From contig JBLDXI010000030.1 in the NCBI GenBank assembly GCA_047495785.1, forward strand, positions 1,116,001 to 1,180,000: a stretch of 64,000 nucleotides of DNA. The letters run 5' to 3'. Positions 8,733-20,808 of the stretch are shown here, one piece after another; within the stretch, counting starts at the first letter, position 1, and each line of letters starts with the position of its first letter. A program made the position numbers and the translations under genes. The notes beneath the pieces were generated by a model, which saw only the letters and a list, made by a program, of their open reading frames with translations, was not told the DNA's origin and made no database searches. Source of the DNA: Lepidodermella squamata. Lineage: Eukaryota > Animalia > Gastrotricha.

Positions 8733-9896
8733 TTATTCCAACATATAAGAAAAAAGAACTGCATCGATAACTAAAATAGTGATGCTTGCGGATATGGCGA
8801 TTGTTATATCCAAAAATCGATTAATTGTCATTTTGACAGATTTGTGAAAATTAACAACTTGAGTTCTCACAGATTCAGGAATACTAGTGCTCAAACATGT
8901 ATAAGCTGTTAGAAGTATTGCTACAATAAATTTTGCTGCTACCATGTAAACAATATAGACTTGATCTGAAGTTTTTGGCACCATGCCAAAAATCAACGTC
9001 AGAAATACCACGTAAGACAGTACGACAGTCACGCAAAACGCTGATTGGTCTCGGTTCACTGGCTCAGCAATCAGTGAGACGACCTGGAGGAAAAACAGCG
9101 CTATGGTTGGGACGAAAATGTTGTAGACGTAGTAGCCACTTTTGCGGCGAAATCGCATTGTCATATTCATTCGCGTTACGTCTAAACTCAGCTGAGCCGA
9201 AAGATAGGTGCTATGCTCGAGTGGCTCAACAACTGACCATATGTCAGAGCCAACGATGAATGTATCCCGTGCTGAGGTATCGATGTCAAATTTAATAATA
9301 CGGAAAGCCACATCCTTGTGATAATCGAATGCCTCGAAAATAATCGAGCAAACTTGAGTGTCGAAAGGGAATTTTCTGTAACTGAAAGCTGTACAAGAAA
9401 CATCAAACCGGTCGTAAGTGTCGTAGATAACCCAATTCGCTAAAGGAAAGAACCAAATGTGATGGTTATTTCTCAGAGGCATTGGCGTTTCATATGCTGT
9501 CATGTGACCGATCCCAGGCGTCCATACATACTTAGCCGGGATGTACATGTAGAAATTATCATTGCGGGGAATGCTGCAGTCTGTTTCCGATAGTAAATCT
9601 GTACATTTCGGAGTTTTGCAAGGCAGCCTCCACATCATAGTTAGATGGGCTAGCAGCGATAGTTTTTGCTCCACATCATCGATGCCTACAAAGCGGAGAA
9701 GGGCCATTATGACGTTCACGACAAGCGGCTTGCTGTTATTTGAAAAGACCGCTTGCTCAACTGGGACGCATCTCGATCTGAAGGCTGGGCAAAACTCGGC
9801 GTAGTTTGCTTCCAGTTTCTCCGAGATGGATAGATCTCCTTTCAGCGAATGGATTCGCATCATAAAGACCAAAATCATCAGGGCTGCTACAGCCAT
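8733..9896 (-). CDS. atypical Cys-loop LGIC subunit, copy 2 (intact)
   Basis: 387 aa with the same architecture (VWTP, CTAFSYRKFPFDTQVC, four TMs). Confidence 0.92.
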   Translation of the reverse strand: MAVAALMILVFMMRIHSLKGDLSISEKLEANYAEFCPAFRSRCVPVEQAVFSNNSKPLVVNVIMALLRFVGIDDVEQKLSLLAHLTMMWRLPCKTPKCTDLLSETDCSIPRNDNFYMYIPAKYVWTPGIGHMTAYETPMPLRNNHHIWFFPLANWVIYDTYDRFDVSCTAFSYRKFPFDTQVCSIIFEAFDYHKDVAFRIIKFDIDTSARDTFIVGSDIWSVVEPLEHSTYLSAQLSLDVTRMNMTMRFRRKSGYYVYNIFVPTIALFFLQVVSLIAEPVNRDQSAFCVTVVLSYVVFLTLIFGMVPKTSDQVYIVYMVAAKFIVAILLTAYTCLSTSIPESVRTQVVNFHKSVKMTINRFLDITIAISASITILVIDAVLFSYMLE

Positions 9897-10516
9897 CGTG
9901 GTTTTCGGATGGATTCGATCTACTGCTGACAGTGCTCGACAGTGGAATGATCAATGGATAGAAACAATGCTGGTTAATTTCCTGTCAAACAAAAATTGGT
10001 TATACCTACAGTGTAAATACTCCAATGCCTGGTGAAATCACGCTATATAGATCGCTTGGCTTCTTTAAAATCTCAGACAATAACGATCTTATACAGCCCA
10101 TTCGAAGGGTCAATAGTCCCCGGATATTACCGGTCCAGAGGGAAGCTAGTAGCCTGAGCAGCTACATACATCTCGGTCAATCCTTGTTAATATACTTCAC
10201 ACTCGAGATTACAAGGATTATTAATTCCTACCTCATTTCATCCCGGTTTGAGCAGGTACCATCTTGAAAATTCACCAAGGTTTGCGCCATTGGGATGATT
10301 TTCCAATTTGCGGCCAATCAAGTGTGAGTACAATGACATTGATAAATTGGCAACACAATTGGAAAAGGTCAACATTTATTTTGCTATTCAATCGATAACT
10401 GGGATCAATTTGAGGATACATCCGTGCCCTACTTCACAGGAAATTCGAATAACGGGTTGATTGATGGATGAGCAGCACGCATCAGCATAAAACATGAAGT
10501 ATTTCAGCCCTGGATA

Positions 10517-11698
10517 ATGAACATGTTTCATGGAATATATTTTGCTTTGCTGATGGTGGCTGAACTCATGTCGTTAGAAGCTGATCTGTCTACCGCCGGC
10601 AGGTTTGAGACAAGATTCGCTGAATTATGCCCAGCGGTTCGGTCAAAAGGTCTACAAATGGACCAAGCGGTGTATTCCAACAACAGCAGCCCGGTTATCG
10701 TGGTTATTAGAATGGTCCTCTATCGATTTGTTGGGATCGATGACGTGGAGCAAAAGCTGTCTTTAATTGCATACATGTCTTTGAATTGGGGGCTGCCTTG
10801 CGAAACTCCGAATTGCACCGATTTGCTAAGCGAATCAGAGTGCATGATAACCCAGCCTGATCAACTGTATTTCAAGATTCCAGCGACAGACATATGGACG
10901 CCAGAAATTTATCACATGACCGCTTCTGATTCACCTATTTTCGATCGTAAAAAAAGTAACCTGGTCTGGATCTATCCATTGTTTTCCTTTGGGATAACCT
11001 ATATCATTTTCGACCGATTCGATGTTACCTGCACATCTTTCAGTTACAAAAAATTTCCATTCGATACCCAAGCTTGCTCTCTGGTATTTGAAGCAGCTGA
11101 TGCTCGCAGGGACGTACAGTTCTACCTTCAAATATTTGAAGTGGACGTGTCTGCCCGGAATTCTTTCATCGTTGATACTGAAATATGGTCGCTTGTCGAG
11201 CCACTCGAACATAGCAATGAACCATCGTCGCATGGAAACGACACGTTCATTGTTGACCAAATTACCATGACGCTCCGTTTTCGCCGCAAAATTGGCTACT
11301 ACGTCTGCAACGTATTCGTACCAACTATCACTCTTTTCATCCTTCAAGTCGTTTCTCTGATTGCCGAGCCTGTGAACAGAGACCAATCAGCGTTTTGCGT
11401 GACTGTTGTTCTATCTTACGTTGTATTTCTCACCATAATTTTTGGCATGATGCCAAAAACTTCCGATCATGTCTACCTTGTATACATGGTCGCCACTAAA
11501 TTTATTTTAGCAGTCCTAATAACTGCTTACACTTGCCTGAGTCCTAGTATCCCAGAGTTAATGAAATCTCGCGTTTTCAAGGTGAACACGTCTCTGGCTT
11601 TACCCATGCATCGCCTCCTGGACCTAGTGATAGCTGCAGCATCAGGTCTAATTGTAGTGATAATTGATGCGATTCTCTTCTCCCTCATGCTAAATTGA
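10517..11698 (+). CDS. atypical Cys-loop LGIC subunit, copy 3 (intact)
   Basis: 393 aa, DIWTP, CTSFSYKKFPFDTQAC, four TMs. Confidence 0.92.
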   Translation: MNMFHGIYFALLMVAELMSLEADLSTAGRFETRFAELCPAVRSKGLQMDQAVYSNNSSPVIVVIRMVLYRFVGIDDVEQKLSLIAYMSLNWGLPCETPNCTDLLSESECMITQPDQLYFKIPATDIWTPEIYHMTASDSPIFDRKKSNLVWIYPLFSFGITYIIFDRFDVTCTSFSYKKFPFDTQACSLVFEAADARRDVQFYLQIFEVDVSARNSFIVDTEIWSLVEPLEHSNEPSSHGNDTFIVDQITMTLRFRRKIGYYVCNVFVPTITLFILQVVSLIAEPVNRDQSAFCVTVVLSYVVFLTIIFGMMPKTSDHVYLVYMVATKFILAVLITAYTCLSPSIPELMKSRVFKVNTSLALPMHRLLDLVIAAASGLIVVIIDAILFSLMLN

Positions 11699-12449
11699 CT
11701 CGGACGCCCTTGCGCCATAACATTTTGATATCCTGCCAGATTCGCTTATGCTAATTTGTCGTTTTCACATTTGACAATTTCTCCATCATTTTCAATTTTT
11801 AATTATAAATTAAATTTTTTTGATGATCAGTATGAAGAACATAGATATCTTACTTTCAGAAGGATGAAATAAATGCGAAACAGGTTAAGTAATGTTGTTT
11901 GGTACCGAATAAAAATAAGAAATAATTGATTTCTGATTGATTGAAATAAATATTGCCGATTTTGCGAATCTGATGCGTGAAAGATGGTTCTACTTTCAAT
12001 GCCTGATCAAATTGCCATTATTTGCTGCTGACTACGAATTCGGCATCGAGAAAACGATCGGAAGATATGGCAATCCAAGTTTCATTCCTGTGACCAAAAT
12101 AAACAAATGTAACCTATAGGAGATGGATTTTTCAGAAGTATATCTTTGCCTATTTTTCATCCACCTGAAAAATCAATGCAGATTCGAATACCTCGATGCG
12201 GATTCGCTTGAAATACGGATAAAAATCAACAATACATAGGAAGAGATTCATAATATATAAATATTCATAATAGATCATAGATCATATAGACTTACCACTG
12301 CGCCTAATACAAACGCTTCACAGGAAATTTGACATGTCCCATGGATGATAGCTTGGTAGTTCTTTGTGCACTTCATGCAATCGCATCGAGCCAGTAATAG
12401 AACCATTTCGGCCATGCACATTAGAAAATCACATTAAAATATAAACATC

Positions 12450-13610
12450 ATGAAATCGTCCTGTTTCCTGCTTTTGGCAAAGCTCGCGTCATTGGTGTCT
12501 GCGACACCGACCGCTGAAAAGTTGGAGGCGAAATTCTCGGAACGTTGCCCGGCAGTTTTGTCGAAAAACCTACCGATAGAGCAAGCAGTTTCTTCCAACA
12601 GCAGCAATGCGGTTGTGGTGAATACCTATGTAGGTCTCTACCGCTTTGTGGGAATCGACGACGTAGAGCAAAAGCTGTCTCTACTTGTATATATGGTTAT
12701 ATCTTGGGGGCTGCCATGCGAAGTTCCGAAATGCACAGATTTACTGTCCGAAATAGAATGCATGAAACTCAATTCTACCGATGTCTCCTTCACAGTGCCT
12801 ACGTTGAATATATGGACTCCGGTGATTTATCATTTGACGGCGTACGAGAAGCCGGCTGTCATTCACAAGATAAGTGACCAAATTGTAATACGTCCATTTC
12901 TTCGGTCGTTTACAATGGTACACTACAGTTTCGATCGATTCGATGTTTCTTGTACTGCATTCAGCTACCGAAAATTCCCCTTCGATACGCAAGATTGCAC
13001 TCTAATATTCGAATCCGCTGCCAATGATGTAGCCCTCCGCCTTGCATATTTTGGAATCGATGAGACAGCTGATAACACCTTTGTCGTTGATACTGATATA
13101 TGGTCCCTTGTCAAGCTATCTGGGTATAACAGCACTGAATTCCATCTACGCTATTCAAATTCATTCGAACGAATTTACTTGACTATCCGATTTCGACGCA
13201 AAAGGGGCTACTACGTCTGTAACATCTTCGTCCCGACTATCACACTTTTCTTCCTTCAAGTCGTTTCTTTGATCGCGGAACCAGTGAATAGAGATCAATC
13301 TGCATTTTGCGTGACTGTCGTGCTGTCTTACATTGTATTTCTCACGCTAATCTTTGGCATGATTCCAATAACGTCAGACCACGTCTGCCTTGTGTACATG
13401 GTCGCAGTTAAATTCATCGTTGCTGTCGTAATCACAGCCTACACTTGCTTGAGTCCGAGTATTCCAGAGTCACTGAAATCTCGCGTTTTCAAGTTAAACA
13501 ACTCCCTGGCCTTACCCTTGCATCGGATTCTGGACCTGGTAATAGCTGCAACAGCAGTTCTAATAGTATTGATTATCGACGCAATTCTCTTCTCATTAAT
13601 GTTATCGTAA
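12450..13610 (+). CDS. atypical Cys-loop LGIC subunit, copy 4 (intact)
   Basis: 386 aa, NIWTP, CTAFSYRKFPFDTQDC, four TMs. Confidence 0.92.
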   Translation: MKSSCFLLLAKLASLVSATPTAEKLEAKFSERCPAVLSKNLPIEQAVSSNSSNAVVVNTYVGLYRFVGIDDVEQKLSLLVYMVISWGLPCEVPKCTDLLSEIECMKLNSTDVSFTVPTLNIWTPVIYHLTAYEKPAVIHKISDQIVIRPFLRSFTMVHYSFDRFDVSCTAFSYRKFPFDTQDCTLIFESAANDVALRLAYFGIDETADNTFVVDTDIWSLVKLSGYNSTEFHLRYSNSFERIYLTIRFRRKRGYYVCNIFVPTITLFFLQVVSLIAEPVNRDQSAFCVTVVLSYIVFLTLIFGMIPITSDHVCLVYMVAVKFIVAVVITAYTCLSPSIPESLKSRVFKLNNSLALPLHRILDLVIAATAVLIVLIIDAILFSLMLS

Positions 13611-16600
13611 ATTTGTTAGCAATGGTTAACGATTCGTCATGCTGGAGTTGATAAATTATTAGGGTGGGGGAGTTCTTCAACAAAGGTTAACGCCAGGGTA
13701 CACTGTAATGTTCGTCTCAGCATTAGTTAATTGGATGTTGAACTGTTAAAGCTGTTAAACTTGTCGTGAGTTGTCGAGTCCTGAAATTTGACCATGTCTT
13801 CCATGGCGTGAGAGAACCTTTAGCTGTAGTGGCGCAAGTAGGACAGCCACCGTGTCTGTCTCTTGATTCCCTGTGAAATAGCTCTGCAATAAAAGTGTGA
13901 CCTTGTACTTATTTTATTTGGCAATCTAACCATAACTCATAGCTCATATCCGTCCGAATATATAGCGATAGAGTGTCACTTGCTGCGCTTGGTACTCACC
14001 TGTAGCCAAATGTGTTGCACTGCCAGCCACTTTTCTACTAGGGACCTTTCACGACCGAAAGGACCGGCTCGGTCCGAGCCGCCTTGCAAAAATTAGCGGT
14101 TAACCCGGTCTGCTAGTACTTCATTCATATCTGAGGTGGGGTTTGTGGCACGAGCTTTGGGAAATCGGAACGTAGCACAGCTTAGCAGATATGCCCAAAT
14201 CAAGTGCGGAGAATCCGGATATAGATGAATTACGAGGGCTGTATCAATAAAAATGGTCGTACCGGACCGGAGGCTCTGAAATTAAGACCGGTAAGACCGT
14301 CACATCTCTTTGCGGATACTTTTAAATTCTGTCAATATAATGCCAAATGTCAGCGGACATCAAAAACCAGGTATAACCAGGTACTTTAGAGGTGGTACCT
14401 CACCGGGTCCATCGATTTGTTCTTGGCCTTATGTTCTTATGCAGCAAAATTTCTGGCTTAATAATGGCATAAATAGTGAAAACCCGATCCTGATTTTAAA
14501 TCCAGGTAGTTATGCGTGTAATTGCCCTCTGCGGGACAAGTCGCTGCTAAATATTTACATATCGCGATTTCCCGCCAGACGGGAAATTGGGCGACGGAAA
14601 ATTCCGATTCCATATTGTATACATAGGATTTTTATTTCAGCCACGTGATTTTCTCCATTTGATAATAGCTGCAGAAATTTGTTGAAGCTCAGCTCAACCA
14701 GACGAAGCAAGCGAGTATTTACAAAGAGACCGCAATCTCTGGGTAAACAGCGCCCACATCCTCCATTTCGATTGAATCGATCAACGTCCAGTCATATACC
14801 CTCGAAACATATGAAAACGCATCTCATTCATGAGTCTCTGGCATAAATAGATAAATCACAGGATACTTTCTCAATGGTATTAATATACACTCTGCTCATG
14901 TTAGCTCAGCCCGCATCGGTAGAGTCAGCTATTTCAGTTGCTGACAGGTTGCACGCGAGATTCGCCGAATATTGTCCTGCTGTTTTGTCGAAATGCTTAC
15001 CCATGGATCAAGCAGTTAATCCAAACAGCAGCCTTCCGATTGTCGTCAACATCACCATGGCCCTGCATCGCTTTGAAGGGATCGACGACGTGGAGCAAAA
15101 GCTCTCTGTGCTTGCGTACATGTCTTTGTATTGGAATCTACCTTGCAAAGTTCCAAAATGCAACGATCTGCTATCTGAAACAGAGTGCACGACGGCACCT
15201 AAGCCTGAATGGCTGTTCTATCTCGTCCCAGCGATGGATATCTGGACGCCAGTGATGTCTCATTTTACTGCCTACAAGTCGCCTGTAATGGGCCGCAACT
15301 CGAGGGACCAGGTCTGGGTGTATCCATTTGCCAATTCCAATAATTTAAATTATTTCATCTTTGACCGTTTCGACGTTTTTTGCACTTCATTCAGCTACAG
15401 TAAATTTCCCTTCGACACGCAATCCTGCTCCATGATTTTTGAATCTGATGATTATTATGCCGACGTGAAGTTCCTTCTATACTCATTCGATATCGACGTA
15501 TCAGCTCAAGATGGTTTCATTACAAGCACTGATATCTGGTCACTTGTAGAGCCACTCGAGTATAGCAGCTACCCATCTTTACAAGCGAATGGAAAGTATA
15601 GGGTTAACAGAATGAACATGACGATGCGATTCCGCCGCAAAAGTGGCTACTACGTCTGCAACATCTTCGTGCCAACTATCACGCTTTTCATCCTTCAAGT
15701 CGTTTCTCTGATAGCAGAGCCCGCAAACAGGGACCAAGCAGCATTTTGCGTGACTGTCGTGCTGTCTTACGTTGTATTTCTCACTCTAATCTTCGGCATG
15801 ATGCCGAAAACCTCGGACCACGTCTATCTTGTGTACATGATCGCAGTTAAATTCATTGGCAACAGCAGCAGCATAGCTGCTACAGTAGCGCCGGGGGAAC
15901 CCATTTGACAGCTTTCTTTGAATTCCTAAACCTTAAACAGTTTATTGTTTACACGTGGATAAAATTGTTATTTATGAGTCGTAAGACGAGTAAACTCAAC
16001 AAAAAAGTTCGAGTTACGCGTTACTCCCTTAGCTGTTAGTTTCCTGTCGTATAACGAGATTGATAATACTTGATGAGTCAACACTACACTTTTGTTGTTC
16101 TGAGGTAACTATGGCCTTGGATCAAGCCTAATTCCGGATTTGGCTCGATCCAAGCAAAGGTGTCTTCGTCGACGATTTCCTCCACGCGCGTGGAAGTTAA
16201 ACCTAAATTTCCATCATTTCAAATCAACAGCGGCGACGTTGTTCAGGATTTGTTTCACACATACAAGTTTAGGCCTATAGTCATACCGCACAAAAAGTAA
16301 TAGGTGCTTCCGATCACTGAGTAAGAGCGAACTCCATCAAAACGAGCGAACTAATGAAAAATCGTTCTAAAGCCACATCCTATCACCTGTTGCCATTCTG
16401 CCATTCTGCCATCCGAAAACATCGAAACACCTGATGCTCGCTTAAGCTTAAGGAATCGGCAACGCCTGGTAAACGGCGTCGCCTTCAGCGCCCTCAGGAT
16501 TGTAGGCAATGATGTTGCGCAGGGCAGTTCGTTCAGAAACCGCGAGCTTCCATGCTCCGGAGTTCTGGGACCATGTAGCAAGGAAACAAGCCGAATTCTA

Positions 16601-18559
16601 CGCGCCGAATTGCGGCTCCGACTGTCGAGGAAAGCCTGATTTGTTGGGATCGAGTGTAATTCGGACCACAAAAATGTATCGTCGACAACAGACCATCGAA
16701 GCACATCGTTTCTGAACGAGCTGCCCTGGACGTAATACAAAGTTTGCCGCAGTTGAACTCGAAGGCACTTTTATTGAGTTTACTCGTCTAACGACTCATA
16801 AATAACAATTTTATCCCCGTAACAGTGTAAACAATACACTGTTTGAATTCAGAGAAAGATGTCAAATTGGTTCTCCCGGCGCTACTGTTGCTGCTGTTGC
16901 CAATCAGTCGAACCGTGCCGCAGACGAAATCCGAAATTAACCCACGTCCGACGTCGCTTTACTGACTTGTATGTCCTGAAAGGCAGTGCTGATTCACCGA
17001 AATAGCCCGACTGACGTAAAGGCGATTGCGGAAAACAAGATCCTTCAAACTAATCGCCGCAACACCCTCGTTGAGATTGCAATGAAGTTGTGCGGGGCAG
17101 CGCGTTCAGAAACCGTGTGCTTCAATGCTCCGGAGTCAACGATACACATTCGTTAATCTCCGCACGGGGCTCTCTTGGACCGAATTCGTTCGTCGATTTG
17201 AGCGTATCACAATAAATTAGAGCACATCACAAAATGTCATTGAGTTCCAGCCTCGGCCCTCGACTTTCCTTTGATTCAGTCGCTGACAAACTTAGAGCCC
17301 TATTCGCGGCTTGCATTGTTGCTCCTTAATAGTTTCAGAGACCCAAAGGAGTTTCTCGACAAACAGGATTCAGCTATTCCTGCTTTTTGTCTATGGGAAA
17401 ATTGCCAATCATTAGACTCAGTTCGGAGGAAACTAGATCGCCACCATGAATATTATCTATTTGGGTTATGACGCGGCTGAGGAGTTTCGCCGAAAAACAG
17501 CGATCGAAGAGCAAGAGTTGGCATGTGAGAGTCTGGATATCAACATGGAGGCTTGCATTGCAACGGCGGAGTGAGCACGGGGGTTATCATCTGCATTGCC
17601 AATGCCTCTCTCCCGGAAACTAGGCGATGATCTGTATGAAGAAGCAGTCGAATTCTATCTTGATTTGCAAGACTAAGAAAACACTAAATCTGCAATCGAT
17701 TCGGACACTTGTTGATCGTTCATTAGAGACGGAGACATTTTTTGAAGTCTTTTACGGAAGTTTGCCGTGATCGCCTCGTAAAAATGCGGCAAAATTTGCA
17801 TTATATACGTGCGGGGCAGTGACGCCGTCGTACTCATACGGCAGCAGCAACGCAACAAGCCGACTCTACGCGTCAACTTTCGGCCACGACTGTCGGGGAA
17901 AATAACGTTAAAGCCTCATTGATTAGGACCGAGTCTAATGCATCTTCCGGCGACACCATGGTTGCCTCAGAGCAACGAAAGTGGAAATCGTTGACTCCGG
18001 AGCATTGAAGATTGAAGCACACGGTTTCGAACGAGCTACTGCCCCTTACGTATGTAATGCAAATTATGCCGCAGTTTTACGAGGCCTTCACGGCAAAATT
18101 TCGTAAGACTTCGTAAAAATTCGGCAAGCGGCAAGAAAAGCTGCGGTAAGACACATGGGTTCTGAACGAGCTGTCCTGCACACTTCGTTGTTTACACTAT
18201 TCGAAATTCTAACATTCACGACGGCATGAACTTGGGCTAAGGTTTATGGTTTGTTTCGTATGACGTGAGCTTGTATGATGTTCTTGTATGATGTGAGCGC
18301 TGTGTGAACTAAAATCGCGAAGCAAGAAGCAATTATTTTCCGTCCGTGCACAACAGTTTATCCGGCAATTTAAGGTTCCAGTGGCTAGTGGTTGGAATGA
18401 CTTCTTAGACGGGTAGTAGTCATCGACTGAAAGTTGCATTACGATTGCATTCTGACAAGTCACGGTATGCGTGTACGTAGGCGTGTAGTCAAGCATTGCA
18501 AACACACATTGCACATGGATGCATACAAACAAACAAAGAAACAAACAAAGATGTCCACG

Positions 18560-20808
18560 ATTGGCAACAGCAGCAGCAAAGCTGCTGCAGTAGCGCCGGG
18601 GGAACCCGAGTACCCGAGTACGAGTCGGTCTACAGTACACCCTTGGAGGCCGAAGCAGGTCGCGCCGAAGGCCGGTATTATAGGAAACTGGCGGATAGAA
18701 TATCGCTGAAATGACTTCTTCCTCTTAGGCCATGTGAAAGTCTTGCGCTCCGCAGCTATAGGGACAACTTCGGAGGGCCATGAAGTTGGCACCCCGGGAA
18801 AGTGGGGCAGCTTGTCTTATAACTGATTTATCCGAACCAAAATGTTGATTGGTGGTCGATCTGGAGTCCTGAAATCTCCAGCTTCTTTGAATCTTGTCTC
18901 CGGATGCCAGTCAATCTTGTAAACAGTTCCCTCAGAACCATTCGCAATACCGTGTTGCACGGACTGATTGCATTTAAGACGAACTCGCATTCCCTGAATA
19001 CATATAAATGAAGCGCTAAGTGCAATTACGCTTTGAAACTGCTTACCTCAAACAAATACATTACAGCGGGCAAATTTGCTGTAGCACTATCAGGCAAAGA
19101 AAACAGCACCTACAGGCCTATTACGCCCCGTCGTTATGATGCTGGGAATGCTGTACACGGTTCTCTGAGCCGAAATTCTTCTTATGTGCTCTGTATTCAC
19201 GGCATGACGAGTCGCATTGTCGGGCGAGACGGTAGCGGTAAAATGTGACGCAGACTGGAGGCTAAATTTTTCCAAGTTCACTCGCGATCCAGTTCGCGAC
19301 TCGAGAACTTTGCGCATTTTCATTTTCCAATTTGCCATCTTGCCAAGTTCGAGTAGCTCACCCCATTCAGGATCGTTGCTAAAGCGAACTGATTTAAGCA
19401 ATAAAAATTAGTAAAAGTGACATGGTACAAGTGATAAGTTACCAGGCGTTTCGAGATATACGACACGAGTTATTTTCATGTACATCGCGTGACCATACAC
19501 AGCGGCCTTCTCATCAGGATCGTTCTCGTCTGCCTCCATGTACAAGGGAGACCCACCGACTGGGCTAAGCTGCAATTAGTGAAAAGAAAGGTATTTAGTC
19601 ATCTGAAAATGCTACATTTCTTCAAGCTACCTAGAAAAAATCTCCGAGAAGTAATATATGGATGTCAGGCCAAATAGCATCATCGCTAGTTTCCTTCAAT
19701 TTTCGCAGTGCCTCGAGCCATAATCCGAACGTCTTACTCGCTAGTTTGTTTTGAATTACAATTACGTTGTATCCCCGACTCTCACTTACTTTGCATGCAA
19801 AATTCATCCACGACAACAACGCGATATTCAGGTATTTCGTTGGCAAGTTTATGCTTTCTACTTGAAGATTTTCTACGTAACCTCTGAAAGATCAACAATT
19901 TTTGGCGAAAAATGCTACACAGTGATAAAATTAGTGGTAATTCGGCAGCTCTTCTCTTTGCCAGAGCTTCAACGCGGATTTCGATTTGTTCGGGCGTTTG
20001 CAAGGATCGGCGTAGCCCATCTGCTTTTCTCGCTATGGCCAGTCGATCTTCCGTTTGCTTGAGTGTTTCCTTGGTTCGTCGAATCGCAGCTGCTTTCTTT
20101 ACCTTGGCCAGTCGAGCCTTTCTTTTTTCGGGCGTTTCCAAGGATCGTCGAATCGCTGCTGCTTCCTTCACCTTGGCCAGTCGAGCATTCCTTTTTTCGG
20201 GCGTTTCCAAGATTCTTCGTAAAACAGCCGTCTCTCCACGATGGCTAGCCGATCTCTCCACTGTTTCGGCGTTTCTAACGATCTTCGAAACGCAGCAGCC
20301 TCCCTGGTGTTCGCCAGTCGAGCTATCGAGCTATGTAACGCTGAGCTGTCTCATTTTCTCTTTGTTTAGCGTCGTAAATTCGCTTTTTAGCTTTCTTTTG
20401 TTTTGCAATCAGTGTCGATTTCAATTCTGTTTTTACTTTCATCCTACGAAAAGTAAGGCGTCCAAAATGTTAAATGTGTAGTATCCCAATATTATACAAT
20501 ATGCTATTGTGAATATATATAATTTAACCGAATTCAGGTATTCAGGTATTCACTTAAATATCAAATTGAAATATTTATTATTAATAATAAGTTAATAATA
20601 ATGTTATAATAAGTTAGCTAATCACACTTGAGTCTTATTTGGGCAGGAGAAGTGCTGCAGGCGTGTAGTCAGGGTGTGCACATTGCGTTTATGTAGGTGT
20701 GTACGTAGACATGTGGTCAAGCAGTGGACATGGGTGCATACAAACAAACAAAGAAACAAACAAAGATTTCCACGACACGAACGGCGACAGTACGGGGGTT
20801 CCCCCGGC
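18560..20808 (-). mobile_element. Helentron deletion derivative nested in the 5' end of the outer copy
   Basis: Same subTIR and hairpin ends (hairpin GCAGCAGC-TTT-GCTGCTGC). Removing it rejoins ...TCCACG|ACACGAACGG..., which matches the intact 5' region at 20770-20808. Confidence 0.8.
18615..20261 (-). pseudogene. Helitron RepHel remnant: STPR 23-aa repeats joined to a partial, degenerate PIF1-family helicase
   Basis: ETPEKRNARLAKVKEAAAIRRSL-type 23-aa repeats. Helicase motifs across exons and frames: VVVDEFCM (Walker B), LLGDFF, VRFSNDPEWGELL, GIANGSEG, RQFPIIPAFGATCFGLQGCTVD. No HUH Rep domain seen. Confidence 0.8.
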
